A stretch of DNA of 64,000 bases, taken from a virus. The notes below the pieces were generated by a model. The model did no database searches and was not told the origin of the DNA. It saw only the letters and a program-made list of their open reading frames with translations. Shown here piece by piece: positions 39,601 through 49,854 of this stretch. Both the position numbers and the translations under genes were made by a program. The first letter of the stretch is position 1. Every line of letters starts with the position of its first letter. Location of the stretch: IMG/VR virus record IMGVR_UViG_3300037475_000240, positions 1-64,000 of that record. One strand, written 5' to 3'.

Positions 39601-40152
39601 CATTGATACACAGTTAGAAACACCAGTAGATACTTGTCTTGCTAATTGAGGATATCCTGCTTTATCTAAAGCACATAAAGCAATAACTCTCTTTAAATTA
39701 CGATCATAATATGTATCAACAATAAAACCTCTTACGTGGTCTACTGAACTTGATTTATGATCCACACAAAGAGGCTTTCCTACCCATTTTTTATAAGCTT
39801 TTACTAATTCTTCTTCCGGAAAAATATCTCCATTAGAATTTCTATAAGGTTTAACAGAACTATCAGTTGTTGTCCAGCGCCAAGTTCCACCAGATTTATT
39901 CCAACCTACTTGAACTGGTTCACCTTTTACAGTGAGACGTGGAGTTCCATCATCATTAAGAGCAGCTGCTTCAGCAGCATGCATCATAACAGCAGAGAAA
40001 TATAAAAAGTCTTCTGCTTTTGGTGCTATTTTCTTAAGATTAGTAGCAAATTTTCTAAAATTATCTAATATTTCCGGACTAACAGCTGGAAGACAGGAGT
40101 CTGTATTCTCTACTCTGCTAATCTCTATTAATTCACCAAGTTTAACAAACAT
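36685..40152 (-). CDS. Prohead maturation protease fused to a long scaffold-like region (1155 aa)
   Basis: NSNGD.F, VDH...RG.I.D, VSMG, ELSIV..GADP.A resemble phage head protease motifs; acidic coiled-coil C-terminus; lies between portal and MCP. Confidence 0.75.
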   Translation of the reverse strand: MFVKLGELIEISRVENTDSCLPAVSPEILDNFRKFATNLKKIAPKAEDFLYFSAVMMHAAEAAALNDDGTPRLTVKGEPVQVGWNKSGGTWRWTTTDSSVKPYRNSNGDIFPEEELVKAYKKWVGKPLCVDHKSSSVDHVRGFIVDTYYDRNLKRVIALCALDKAGYPQLARQVSTGVSNCVSMGTAVGKAICSDCAVVAKTEQDFCDHMRRKSGYGEINVDLNPIELSIVVNGADPKANIKHIIAAANTLNSYVESKSNELKKISEQHFCGKITVSDGAGKDNKVSEITIDASDLNKFKIDMEDAFQKLQEIQASANISEKDTNDLAFNQSSGSIAMENSADPNTDSGLAPPHERYASANLETESIQELRDVTKVIEEKLSQMKVSLDKLANNSNTQEENMSGTELNKKGYFQGTEEPKPGQKQYPADPMNEKVRDHEDKHMQAQDMGPVDGMHPGVDSVPMSELERKKMLARATSEERAMRRTAILGLAKDALKSKEAYFQGGGGVNEPTPGKVKYPAEKLNDQLRDHEDKHMVGQKPFPGVGSVDGLHPSPDSADIADEKKRKELLQRASLRARFVKAANADGTQNIGKSAWEVFLGDKLLLTASVNDLSGQRAEMLYDSIATKEFGSKLIEKIKVQGADKVRSLVKSAQEMPPPAAEPAAEPAPASPDMGAAPAEDTGAEGDPKANVTELSEKVRDLSSDLVEAVRALTGEQAEMGDVDNGMATAASGSLTTIRKELNSALTTAMKEVIAELDQHQEELNLITGLYDKDAVSASNADLVAAVSDDVIKEAKTAVGEGFNLLSAFVKYARGTKAIVKRAQFEAELEALAEGDSMNDEHDSHSSDDLMSLIQDTNADLDAAKDMLDEDCDVDGALEDESALDELEELSDDNDLDAKPEELKNLEVKPGTEVHVVASADFDSKEGRAVLRAKLAADTLKVSPLLHDAHPKGGFTTQLDVKPTGDLAKVEDLEEIHDAMMDLANAPPKVRKEAEAIHKLVSEGKLDVTDLDALVAEGLDKDAVSYYKKFYSQVDGGSEFASELVKEHTKAALEQELNTYKVKLGRAYGLAYDMVARGLCLDDRASVDAQVEEIMNFNDNSFDSLKRVVAKHNVKTAGRMPQVGMIGSGEVNTAADEGDLFSQLSSALSTSNKRNF

Positions 40153-40310
40153 TAATTACTCCCAGCGTCCTGTTTATCAGTTTCGTCTGTTTTTGATTGC
40201 TTCATTTTGCTTGCAGATATATTTTTAGCGGCTTTTTTCTGCTCATCAGTAAGCTCTTCTGTTTCTACAACAGCTACTATTTTTCCATCACCATGCTTTA
40301 TAAAAGCCAT
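40152..40310 (-). CDS. Small protein coupled to the protease gene
   Basis: TAATG overlap; probable start 40310 (MAFIKHGD). Confidence 0.55.
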   Translation of the reverse strand: MAFIKHGDGKIVAVVETEELTDEQKKAAKNISASKMKQSKTDETDKQDAGSN

Positions 40311-40436
40311 ATTTTTGTTCCTAATAGGAGACCACAACTTGTTATTTATTATAATGAATTATTACCACAATTTATCCACTGAATGGATTAAACAGTAACT
40401 ATATATTTAATTATTACCATTTAATGATGTCAAAAT

Positions 40437-41090
40437 TCACTCACCAAGCTGTGACTTCTCCTTTATTATATCGTTTAATTGATTTTGTCTTTTATTAAAC
40501 AAGTCTAAAATCAATGGAGTCTTTTTTTCTATCTTCATTTGAATTTCATCTCCAACAGTATCAACCCAACTAGTGGCTAAAATATTGTTTTGAATATGTC
40601 TTTTAATTCTTTCTTCAACAATTTCTTCAATATCATGACATTCAGATTGAATATCTTCAATATTTTTAACTATATTTGGAGCAAAATCTTTTGATTCTAA
40701 ATCATTAAATAAATCACTAAATTTATTTACATTATATTCTAAATCATCTATTGATGCAATGAAAGATTTAATTAATTTTACGGTTTGAGTATCAAAGGAG
40801 AAACTCTGCATAGCATTAACGCATTTAAATGCTGCTTTTTTAAATTCATTAAAATTTTCAATAGATTTATCTCTAAATCTTCTAAGAGCAGCACGTGCTT
40901 TCATTACATCATCTTCACTCATTCCAGGATTATCCTTGAAAGGAGTTTTCATGATATCTAAATGATCGGCTGATAAATGAAGTAATTTCAAAGAATGATT
41001 AAAAAATACAAGCGCACGGGATGCTTGGATTTTCTCCACATCCGAAACTTCATATGTCATATTGACTATATATGCTTTTTTCTTAATCAT
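40437..41090 (-). CDS. Hypothetical helical protein, head region
   Basis: 217-aa ORF overlapping the phosphatase stop. Confidence 0.7.
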   Translation of the reverse strand: MIKKKAYIVNMTYEVSDVEKIQASRALVFFNHSLKLLHLSADHLDIMKTPFKDNPGMSEDDVMKARAALRRFRDKSIENFNEFKKAAFKCVNAMQSFSFDTQTVKLIKSFIASIDDLEYNVNKFSDLFNDLESKDFAPNIVKNIEDIQSECHDIEEIVEERIKRHIQNNILATSWVDTVGDEIQMKIEKKTPLILDLFNKRQNQLNDIIKEKSQLGE

Positions 41091-41838
41091 GGATAAATCC
41101 GCCTACACTTTCACTTGGACCAGCACCAGCAATACCAGCACTATTATCATATTGTCCTACTTGAGGTATATGAGAAGTCACTAAAGAATGTTCTTTTATT
41201 GGTTTATCCATATAATTTTCACGAGTTGGACTTTGATTATTTATAGTACTATAAACTGGATCGTCCCGATCCATTAAATTTTTGCCCATATAAGCTTCAA
41301 AAGATGATCTATTAGCTTCATCTAAAAATGAATCTCTACTGTCTCCAGTATATTCTCTTTCATTAGAAACTATATCTGCATTATTATTATCTGTATTAGG
41401 TTTCGATGCCCTAATTAATTTTTCAAAAATATTAATATATTTAGGATCTACTCCAACACCAAACCCCAGCATTTTGGCTTCTTTAATAGCTTCTTCGGGA
41501 TCTTTACCTTTATATTTACATTCATATAAAGCTACTACAAGACCCGTTCTATCTTTTCCATGCCAACAATGAATAAATGTTGGTCCACCATTGATTAATA
41601 AGTCTTTTAAATCATAAGACATTAAATTAATTAATGATTGCATTGTGCCATCTAAAGGAATTACTACTTGTTTAATATTTAGTAATTTACAGGTATTTGC
41701 AATTTGATCTGCAGCTGCCTGATCTAAACTAACAATTTTATTAATACCATATTTTTCTTTTAGATATTGAACGTCTTTAGGACTTGGCGCCGATCCTCTG
41801 TATAATCCATTGTCCACTTGAATGAACTTGGAAATCAT
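41083..41838 (-). CDS. Tyrosine/dual-specificity (CX5R) phosphatase with C-terminal extension
   Basis: LYRGSAP, IVSLD, FIHCWHGKDRTG. Confidence 0.85.
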   Translation of the reverse strand: MISKFIQVDNGLYRGSAPSPKDVQYLKEKYGINKIVSLDQAAADQIANTCKLLNIKQVVIPLDGTMQSLINLMSYDLKDLLINGGPTFIHCWHGKDRTGLVVALYECKYKGKDPEEAIKEAKMLGFGVGVDPKYINIFEKLIRASKPNTDNNNADIVSNEREYTGDSRDSFLDEANRSSFEAYMGKNLMDRDDPVYSTINNQSPTRENYMDKPIKEHSLVTSHIPQVGQYDNSAGIAGAGPSESVGGFIHD

Positions 41839-42569
41839 TACAAATTCCTTACTAAATTATTTAATACTTCTCTAATATAGGTTGAGTTATGGTTAAATAG
41901 GACGTGCTTAACGAATGTTATAGATTGTCCTATAGCAGATGATGCAGGCATTTTCTTACTTGCTATCTCTGTTTCATTAAGGGAGTATAACTTATTCTTT
42001 AAATTTTCAAGCGAACCTGGTCTTTTCTCAGGAGAAATTCTTTGTAAAGTAAATTTAACAATATTAGCTAAGTAAGCACCAACTGCTGCTGCATCACCTA
42101 ATTCACTAATAGCAGCATTCTTAACCATTTTCTTAGGAAATTTTATTTTGAATTTTTTACTAAATTTAACTACTGCATTTTGTAATGCAACTTTTTCTGG
42201 TTTTTGCAATTTATCTTTTACAGCATTATCAAAATGTTTTTTATATAAAGTTAAAAATAATCTCACTTGCTCTTTATCCGCTTTTTCTCTAAGCTTACGC
42301 ATAATAGCGGAATAAGAAAATTCTTCAACATCAGTTAAATCTAGTTCTTTATCTTCTGCAGAGTGTTGATCTCTATGTTTAAAATATTCAACTTGTCTTA
42401 ATCTTTTTTCAGCTCCAGCCTTAGAGTCTGATTCGCCCAAGTTTTTGCCTTTTTCAGATACAACGCGATATTTGCCCTTCATCTTCATGATGCGGGCTTC
42501 TTTTAGTAATTCAATGCATTCATTATGATATGCATTAGCTAACTTTAGAATATCGTTAGTATTAGTCAT
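41838..42569 (-). CDS. Head-region protein with KNLG...A.KRL.QVEYFK module
   Basis: Coupled ORF; probable start 42569. Confidence 0.65.
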   Translation of the reverse strand: MTNTNDILKLANAYHNECIELLKEARIMKMKGKYRVVSEKGKNLGESDSKAGAEKRLRQVEYFKHRDQHSAEDKELDLTDVEEFSYSAIMRKLREKADKEQVRLFLTLYKKHFDNAVKDKLQKPEKVALQNAVVKFSKKFKIKFPKKMVKNAAISELGDAAAVGAYLANIVKFTLQRISPEKRPGSLENLKNKLYSLNETEIASKKMPASSAIGQSITFVKHVLFNHNSTYIREVLNNLVRNL

Positions 42570-42966
42570 TTTTCTTAGCAAAATCCTTATATATTCCTAG
42601 TGATTCAGAACCACTCTTAATAAATAGATCGTTAATAGTACCATTACCATCAACTTCTTTTAAAGCTCTAATAGCTCTTTCATTTACAAAAATTAAATTA
42701 CCTAATTGTTTAGTACCTTTAGAGTCAGCAGAATAAAATGAATTAAGAATTATACACTCTTTAAATGCGCCAACTACTTTTCCACAAAATACTGCAGGAT
42801 ATGACATACTTGTTTGTTCTAATTTAATTTCTTCAAAAGAATCTCCTAAATAAAGTTCTATAAATTTATCTTTAAGTAATTCTCCAATAAACTCAGCAAA
42901 TGTTTTGCTTCTATGATGCTCATTAAAGTTACTAATTAAATCGCTTATTTCTTTGGGTTGACGCAT
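42562..42966 (-). CDS. Hypothetical protein
   Basis: 134-aa ORF, AGGA SD. Confidence 0.7.
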   Translation of the reverse strand: MRQPKEISDLISNFNEHHRSKTFAEFIGELLKDKFIELYLGDSFEEIKLEQTSMSYPAVFCGKVVGAFKECIILNSFYSADSKGTKQLGNLIFVNERAIRALKEVDGNGTINDLFIKSGSESLGIYKDFAKKND

Positions 42967-42975
42967 TAGAAGTCC

Positions 42976-44052
42976 TTAAACAAATTTTAGTAAAAATTTT
43001 CTGTGTTCTGATTCTGCCAATTTTAAGTTAACAGTTTGATATGATGACTTTTTATTGGTAATTAATTGTGTTTTTATGCTAATACCACCAATTTTCTTGG
43101 TAACGTCAAAAAATACTTCAGCTAAAGAATTAGCTAATTGATCTATAGCATTAAAAACATCTTCTTGAGGACCAACGGCATCACATTCTACTTCTACATA
43201 ACCATTACCTAAATGTGTACTTACTTTAGCTGAAAGCTCTTCATCTAATGCTAAAGATAATATTCTAGCAAATTCTAAAGCTTCATTAATATTACTGGCA
43301 TTAATTTTAATCAAAGAAGAGTTATATGGCAAATATTTTTTATGCATTTTATTTAAACTAGAATTATCAGCAACTAAAGCTAAATAACGAGACAAAACAG
43401 TATCAACACTTGGAGAAACTTGTTTTGTTTGTTTGTTATTTAAATATTTGTCAAAAATAGATTCTTGTGAATTTCCTTTTGATGAGTCTATTTGTGCAAT
43501 TGCTTCACGATAGGCTGATTTGCCACGGGCTCTTTTTAAAACAGCCTGAATGTCACCATAAGTAATTTCTCCACTATGGTCAGCATCTAAACCAACATTA
43601 GATTCATAAAATTTCTTTTCTCTTTCAACACTTACACCAGGTAAATGTGGAGAAGTTGGATTTTTAGCTACAATTACAGTTTTAGGATCACCTTGACGCA
43701 CTCCTGGAAGTTTTAATGCAACAGGCAAGAAATTACCAATATAATATTGTTCAGCAGAAGTTAATGGTCCGCCATTAACTCTAATCATATTTTGAATTAA
43801 TTTTTCAACATAATCTAATTGATCTGATGCACTTGTTTGTCTAAACTCTTCATGAGTTCCTTTAAAACCAAGTGATGGTAAAAATTTTGGCATAATTTGG
43901 ACCAATCCAGACGCATTGCCATCTTTATTATGAGCAGACGGATCTAATCCAGACTCTACAGCCATAACATTGAGAATGTCCTCAGGCTTCATACCTACTT
44001 TGGTAGAAAGCTGAAGCAATTTCTGGTAAAAATTGGAGTCCAATTTAGACAT
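42976..44052 (-). CDS. Lytic transglycosylase (SLT-like) with C-terminal extension
   Basis: AVES catalytic Glu, ASGLVQIMP, QLDYV; GAGGAG SD. Confidence 0.85.
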   Translation of the reverse strand: MSKLDSNFYQKLLQLSTKVGMKPEDILNVMAVESGLDPSAHNKDGNASGLVQIMPKFLPSLGFKGTHEEFRQTSASDQLDYVEKLIQNMIRVNGGPLTSAEQYYIGNFLPVALKLPGVRQGDPKTVIVAKNPTSPHLPGVSVEREKKFYESNVGLDADHSGEITYGDIQAVLKRARGKSAYREAIAQIDSSKGNSQESIFDKYLNNKQTKQVSPSVDTVLSRYLALVADNSSLNKMHKKYLPYNSSLIKINASNINEALEFARILSLALDEELSAKVSTHLGNGYVEVECDAVGPQEDVFNAIDQLANSLAEVFFDVTKKIGGISIKTQLITNKKSSYQTVNLKLAESEHRKFLLKFV

Positions 44053-44055
44053 CTA

Positions 44056-45300
44056 TTACTCCTCGATTGATTTAGCTAATTTGAATAATTGAACTGCAGT
44101 CGAAGTATCAGTGGCTTGAATAGATTTTGCATATGCACGGATACGCATAGCCATTAACGCAGGGCTTTCGTTAGCCATCGCTTCAAGCGAGTCCATAAAC
44201 TTTTTGTGGGCGCTTTTAGGAGGAGGAGGTATTTCTTCTAACTCTTCTTCATGAACTTCATCATGAGTTTCAGGAACTGGAGCAATAGGTGTTTTAGCGA
44301 CCAAATCACTTGGAAGTTTACCTGGAGCAAAGGTTCCAGACCCTGGTTGAATTGCATCTTCATAAACATCTTCTACGGGTGGTGGAGATGGTTGAGTTTT
44401 TGAAATCATAGGAATTGCATCATTTTCTTCATGTACTTCTAAATCTGAAACTTCTGATGTAGGAGGTGTTGAAGAAGATGGTATTACTTCTTGTTTACCT
44501 AAACTGGCTGCATCCTCTACTTTTTTAGTAGGAGCTAATAATTCTTGTTTCTCTAAAAATCCTTTAACATTTGATGTATAATGATCTCTAAACAATTTAT
44601 CATAATTATTATAAACAGAAGTTATTTTTCCTGCAGCTTTAATATAATCATCAACTTTTCTGGTTGCTCGAGCGGCAGCCATTTCTTTTAATGTAGAAAG
44701 TAATGAAGATAAAATACTTTCTGATTTTGTAATCAAATTAGATGTATCTTTCTTTAATTTACCAACTTGTTTTGGATATCTTTTTTCCCAAGCAGCTAAA
44801 GCTTTGCCACGCTCAGAAGAAATATTATGTAAAAAATCCATAATTCCAGCCTGAGAAATTAAAGAAGAACTTCTAGCAACAGCAAATCTACTTTTCATTT
44901 CAGAAAGATGTTTTCTTTGATCTTCATCTAAATCTTTAAATAAGAAATCATGATGTACTTGATCAACATCACCATTAAGATTATCAATAATTTTAACTAT
45001 ATCATAAAGTTTTTTATGAAATCTTCCTAAAAAAGCAACAGAAGTCATATATTCTCTTCTGTTTAAATTTGATTTGGCTCCTTTAATTAAATCCTTAAGA
45101 GAAGTAGAATCACTTCCAGGGTCTTCTCCTTCAATTTCTGTACCAGAAGCTATTGATCTTATTTTAGCATCTGCTGTTCGTAAGCTATTCATAACCCTTT
45201 CAAATTCTGGATTAAAGAATTTTTCGGCAGCAATACCGCTAACATTGCTCATTTCTCTGAGTTTATTAAGAATGCTTCTCTTTTGGGCAGTTTTCTGCAT
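44056..45300 (-). CDS. Hypothetical head-region protein
   Basis: GAGG SD favours start 45300 (MQKTAQ); adjacent to portal. Confidence 0.7.
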   Translation of the reverse strand: MQKTAQKRSILNKLREMSNVSGIAAEKFFNPEFERVMNSLRTADAKIRSIASGTEIEGEDPGSDSTSLKDLIKGAKSNLNRREYMTSVAFLGRFHKKLYDIVKIIDNLNGDVDQVHHDFLFKDLDEDQRKHLSEMKSRFAVARSSSLISQAGIMDFLHNISSERGKALAAWEKRYPKQVGKLKKDTSNLITKSESILSSLLSTLKEMAAARATRKVDDYIKAAGKITSVYNNYDKLFRDHYTSNVKGFLEKQELLAPTKKVEDAASLGKQEVIPSSSTPPTSEVSDLEVHEENDAIPMISKTQPSPPPVEDVYEDAIQPGSGTFAPGKLPSDLVAKTPIAPVPETHDEVHEEELEEIPPPPKSAHKKFMDSLEAMANESPALMAMRIRAYAKSIQATDTSTAVQLFKLAKSIEE

Positions 45301-45379
45301 GATATTCCTCTTAGTACGGACAATTAACAAATAAATACTAAATTATACATACGTAACATTATTACTTATTTGATTTTAA

Positions 45380-47212
45380 TTAGGCTAATGGTGTTCCACC
45401 ACTTGGAGGTGGTGAACTTCCACTGCCAGGTGGACCGGGAGGAGGAGGATTTGATAAATCTAGCCCTGGCAATCCAGAAGGTGGAGCTTCAGGTCCGCCA
45501 TTAGGTGGGGCGCTGGGAGATTCTCCTGGAACAGAAGCATTATTTTTAGCATCGGCTGATGGTTCTGGAATTTCATCCTCATCATCCAAGGCACGTAAAG
45601 TATTCAAGTCCATAGTATCCAAAGAAACTTTTTCTTTTTTAGAGATAGCATTTTGAATTGCTTCTTTTCTAATTTTTCTTTGTTCATCCGCATATTCAAG
45701 ACCCATAGAACGATAAAGCGTATGTACAGACACTCTCTTTTGATCATCTTGCCCTTGAGACAAAGTGACTAAATTATTAATATAGTCTCCTGCATCAAAA
45801 ATAGACATATGATTCCAATCAACTTCAGGAATAATAAGTTGTTTTTCTCCACCACTATAATCATAAAATCCTTGAATTTTAGAAATAGGAGCAAAAATCT
45901 TTCTCTTTAACCAAGAAGATAACATATTACGAAATTGCATATAACGTTGTCTTAAAACATCTAATGCAACACCACCATTAGCATAAGTAGTATCAGCCCC
46001 ACCATCCATCAAAACTGGTGGTACTTGTAATCCAACATAAATTTCTTTAATAATTTGAGTAATATCACCAGAAATATCATAAATACCTGAACCATAACCA
46101 ACTCTAGTTACATCAACGCCTTCATGAGTAAATACTTTAAAATCTTTATCATTTTGAGCTTGTTCAAAAGTTTGTCTCCAAGCTTCTAAGTCAGCTACAG
46201 TTGGTTTAAAATCAGCCGAACCAATTTTAACCAATGTCAAAGGATTAATCATATTATCTGCTTGAGCATATTTAGATTCTCTTAATTTATCAAATAACAT
46301 TAATTGTCTAAAAATACAAACTGGCAAACCAGTTCCTCTAATTTCATATGGACTAATTCTTCTAGCTAAATGAGAAATATTAAAACTATCCAATGGAATA
46401 TCACCGCCACGCTTAATACAATCAATTATATGTTGATTTAATTGCTTGCGCTGTTCAATATCAGAAGGTTTATTAGAATTAACTATTCTTTTTAAATTAG
46501 AATCGGGACGTAACATAATAACAGATTCATGTGCAGATACAGTTGCCTTTACTAACATATGATCTGGATTTTGAATTACTAAACGACTCCACTTTCCTTT
46601 ACTTTCATCTAATTCAGCATAAACAAATGTTTCACCTAATAACCAATATTCTTGAGCTATTTGAACACAAATATTCATTAAATCAATTTCTTCAATCATA
46701 TCATTAAAGAATTTTTCAATATCTTTATTTGGACATTTAATATTTAATTTACTAATTGGATATGTACTATGTAAATTAATAGCATTATGTACAAATGGGT
46801 TTAAAGCATAAAAACTTCTACACCAAGCATTAATAGTTGCTCTATCACGAGGTAAATTTAGATTGCTATTTAACCATAATGGAGAATAAACTTCCGGACC
46901 TTGTTTAACTGTGTCGCCCATACCACCACGAAATCCTCCGCCGCCACCACTTACAACTTGAGCAAATTTATTTACTCCAACAGAAGATGTAACATAAGAA
47001 TTTTGTGTTAATTCATTTTCAGAAGCTTTAGAATTATCAGTACCATCTCTATATAATCCTTGTTCAACTTCTCTTCCTAGAGCTTCTTTTCTGGGTTGAG
47101 AGATATTATGTGCCATAATAGCACTAACTTGTGGAGCTTGTGATCTATTATTTAAATAATTATCAGAATTGGATGGTCCAAACCATTTTTTCCCAGTTTT
47201 ATCAATAGGCAT
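45380..47212 (-). CDS. Portal protein with Pro-rich C-terminal tail
   Basis: Immediately downstream of terminase; NPFVHNAIN, GETF.Y, HLARR.SPY..RGT, GLQVPP motifs. Confidence 0.82.
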   Translation of the reverse strand: MPIDKTGKKWFGPSNSDNYLNNRSQAPQVSAIMAHNISQPRKEALGREVEQGLYRDGTDNSKASENELTQNSYVTSSVGVNKFAQVVSGGGGGFRGGMGDTVKQGPEVYSPLWLNSNLNLPRDRATINAWCRSFYALNPFVHNAINLHSTYPISKLNIKCPNKDIEKFFNDMIEEIDLMNICVQIAQEYWLLGETFVYAELDESKGKWSRLVIQNPDHMLVKATVSAHESVIMLRPDSNLKRIVNSNKPSDIEQRKQLNQHIIDCIKRGGDIPLDSFNISHLARRISPYEIRGTGLPVCIFRQLMLFDKLRESKYAQADNMINPLTLVKIGSADFKPTVADLEAWRQTFEQAQNDKDFKVFTHEGVDVTRVGYGSGIYDISGDITQIIKEIYVGLQVPPVLMDGGADTTYANGGVALDVLRQRYMQFRNMLSSWLKRKIFAPISKIQGFYDYSGGEKQLIIPEVDWNHMSIFDAGDYINNLVTLSQGQDDQKRVSVHTLYRSMGLEYADEQRKIRKEAIQNAISKKEKVSLDTMDLNTLRALDDEDEIPEPSADAKNNASVPGESPSAPPNGGPEAPPSGLPGLDLSNPPPPGPPGSGSSPPPSGGTPLA

Positions 47213-47279
47213 ATTTCCTCGTTCTCTATTCTACCTACCTACTATGCTTTTTAAATAATATATCAATGAAAAGACATAG

Positions 47280-49136
47280 TTAGAATTTTCGAGGAATATA
47301 TCCTGCAATCACAAGAGGTTTTTGATTAAATCCTACTTGTTGTAAAATAGGATTATTATTAGTAAATCCACCAGTTAATATAAATTTATATGCAATATAA
47401 GCATTTAATAAAGCCATAAATCCATCGTTTGGTGTCCCACCTTTAATATAATGAATGCTTGGATCTCCAAATTTAGAAATAGATGGCTTAATTTCCATAC
47501 TAGCACAATGAGCCACTAACCAAGCAATTTTTTCATAATCACCAAATGGAAATTTAATATTTCCATTTTTCATTAAACCATAAAGTTCTCCAATATAATG
47601 ATCTCTTTCAAAAATAATTTCTTTTGGATACGCATCTTGATTATATTTAATATGATTATTAATTTTATTATGTGCTCTAGACACCAAATATTTATCACCA
47701 TAAGATGTGTGCATCATTTCAGAAAAATCATTAGAAAAACCAATATCTCCAATAGTTAATTGTAAACTATATTGCCTCATAAGCTGATCAATAATTCCTT
47801 TTTTGCTTTCCATATCATTTCTTTTAAATTTAGTAGCAAATTCTATTGATAATAAATTAGGTCCTTTAGCAGTTAATACTACTGCCGTACTGTAAGATTG
47901 TCCAGCTGCTTTAGCTTTATTTGGATTAGCTAATTGTTCTAAATCATTTCTAGCACCATAGTCGATTCCACAAACAACTATTGGTTCTTCGCCCGGAGCA
48001 ATAGATGCTCTAAATTTTCTACCAACATCGCCACATTTTTCTCTAATTTCTTCAATTGTAATTGGAGAGGTATCGCCTTGAAAAAATTCTCCAAGAACTT
48101 CATTTTTATAAACACGATCAGTATTAATCGGATGAACGCCAGGCTTTTCACCAAGAATATCTTCTTTAGTAAAAGTAGGCATGTATAATTGATTAATATG
48201 AAAACCAATCATCTGACAATCATCGTCATCAGTATCTTTAGTAGCTACCCATTTACCACGTTCAGCTGCTTGACGTTTATCCTGTTCATGACCACAATGG
48301 GTACATTTAACAATAAATCCAGTAATCCAAATTTTTTCCCAATCATCAGATTCTGGAGTATAAAGCGGAAAATGTTTTTCACAACTTTCACATCCTAAAT
48401 GATAATATTGTTGTGAAGACACTTGCCACATTTTATGAAAATCTGATCCCTTACGACGAGGAGTTCCAAAAAATACCTGCACACCTTTACCAGCTTTACC
48501 ATATTTAGCTGTAGTTAAAATCTTAAGGGAATTACCCATAGCTTCACTAGTCGTGTCCTGACATTCGTCGAAGAATATAATATCGGCAGTACGACCTCTA
48601 AGTCTATCACCAGTTAAACCAGTAGACTCTACCCAAATATGATTACCACCAACGAATTGTTTAAAATGTAATGAATCATTAGTTGCACTAGTTTGATCCA
48701 TAAGAGAGTGCATGTAAGATTTTATTTTGATACCAGGTTTTTTTTCTGGGTCATCCATTTGAATAGATGACATAATCATTGGATTAAGTTTTGTCTTAGA
48801 ATAAGCGGCAGCTAACTCTAATTGTGGAAATGCATGAATAATTCTGATTGGAGACTTTTCCCCAACTCCAAAAATTCCAGAACCCATGAAATACATTTCA
48901 AGAGCACTTGCCATAGTAGTTCCACCAACCTGACGACCTTTAACTAAAATAACAGGTTTAGCATTTGGTTCTAAAGCTTTAATTCCAATGTAACGATATA
49001 TGTCGGCGAAGGGCTTATACCCATTATTGTGCAGTCTAAATGGCTTTCCATCTAATGTTAAATAATTTTCTACGAATGCAACTGGATCTAAATTTAATAA
49101 AGACTTTCTTAATTTATGAAAAACTTCCGATGACAT
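47280..49136 (-). CDS. Terminase large subunit (lambda gpA-like, with Zn-finger insert)
   Basis: Walker A KGRQVGGTT, Walker B IIFFDE, GTP coupling motif, CxxC pairs, nuclease GIDYG. Confidence 0.9.
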   Translation of the reverse strand: MSSEVFHKLRKSLLNLDPVAFVENYLTLDGKPFRLHNNGYKPFADIYRYIGIKALEPNAKPVILVKGRQVGGTTMASALEMYFMGSGIFGVGEKSPIRIIHAFPQLELAAAYSKTKLNPMIMSSIQMDDPEKKPGIKIKSYMHSLMDQTSATNDSLHFKQFVGGNHIWVESTGLTGDRLRGRTADIIFFDECQDTTSEAMGNSLKILTTAKYGKAGKGVQVFFGTPRRKGSDFHKMWQVSSQQYYHLGCESCEKHFPLYTPESDDWEKIWITGFIVKCTHCGHEQDKRQAAERGKWVATKDTDDDDCQMIGFHINQLYMPTFTKEDILGEKPGVHPINTDRVYKNEVLGEFFQGDTSPITIEEIREKCGDVGRKFRASIAPGEEPIVVCGIDYGARNDLEQLANPNKAKAAGQSYSTAVVLTAKGPNLLSIEFATKFKRNDMESKKGIIDQLMRQYSLQLTIGDIGFSNDFSEMMHTSYGDKYLVSRAHNKINNHIKYNQDAYPKEIIFERDHYIGELYGLMKNGNIKFPFGDYEKIAWLVAHCASMEIKPSISKFGDPSIHYIKGGTPNDGFMALLNAYIAYKFILTGGFTNNNPILQQVGFNQKPLVIAGYIPRKF

Positions 49137-49198
49137 CTAAACTTCCTTACACAATAATGTTTAAATATGTAAGGTTAATTATGTCATTCTAAATAAAA

Positions 49199-49852
49199 TT
49201 AATTGTTAGAAGATGGCATCAAAATATTAAAAGCATCTGTATTAGAAGGATTTAAGTCACTATCACTTACTTGATCCATTGTGCCTAAATTATTATGTTG
49301 TTCATAATTCGTTGGATTTTGTTGTTTAGCTCTTAAATTAAGTTGACTAACTAATCTAACAAAACTATCTTCATCCCAATCTTTATCTTCAGAAACATCA
49401 TTATGATGAATTCTTTTCACTCTTTCAATAATAGCTGGAATTGAATTATTACCTTTAGTATCTCGAATAATATTTTCTAAAGTGTTTTTTATTTGTGGAC
49501 ACTTTTTAATTACCATTGGCACTTTTAAAGATTTTTCTGGTGCTTGCTCTTGTGCAACCTTAGTGTTGACTTTTTCTTCTTCAGAAATCTTATTCATCTT
49601 ACTTAAATAAGCAGTTAATCCACTACGAGCTTTCATATCTTCAACTGCAGCATCTACAGAAGTATATTTTGATTTAGTTCCACCATTCATGATATCATTA
49701 ATTTGATGAAATAATGAATTATCAACACTTCTTGGTTGAACTGCATCTTTAGTTAAAGATTGCTCTAATTTATTTACCCAATTATCTTCATCTTGTTGAG
49801 AGTCAGAATGTTTGGAAATAACTGATTGATGTCTATTATATTTTTTGGACAT
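49199..49852 (-). CDS. Hypothetical head-region protein
   Basis: 217-aa ORF upstream of terminase. Confidence 0.7.
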   Translation of the reverse strand: MSKKYNRHQSVISKHSDSQQDEDNWVNKLEQSLTKDAVQPRSVDNSLFHQINDIMNGGTKSKYTSVDAAVEDMKARSGLTAYLSKMNKISEEEKVNTKVAQEQAPEKSLKVPMVIKKCPQIKNTLENIIRDTKGNNSIPAIIERVKRIHHNDVSEDKDWDEDSFVRLVSQLNLRAKQQNPTNYEQHNNLGTMDQVSDSDLNPSNTDAFNILMPSSNN

Positions 49853-49854
49853 AA

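Noticed and set aside
40372-40390. TTATCCACT near-DnaA box with a small hairpin
   Set aside because: Single imperfect box, no cluster; insufficient for an origin call.
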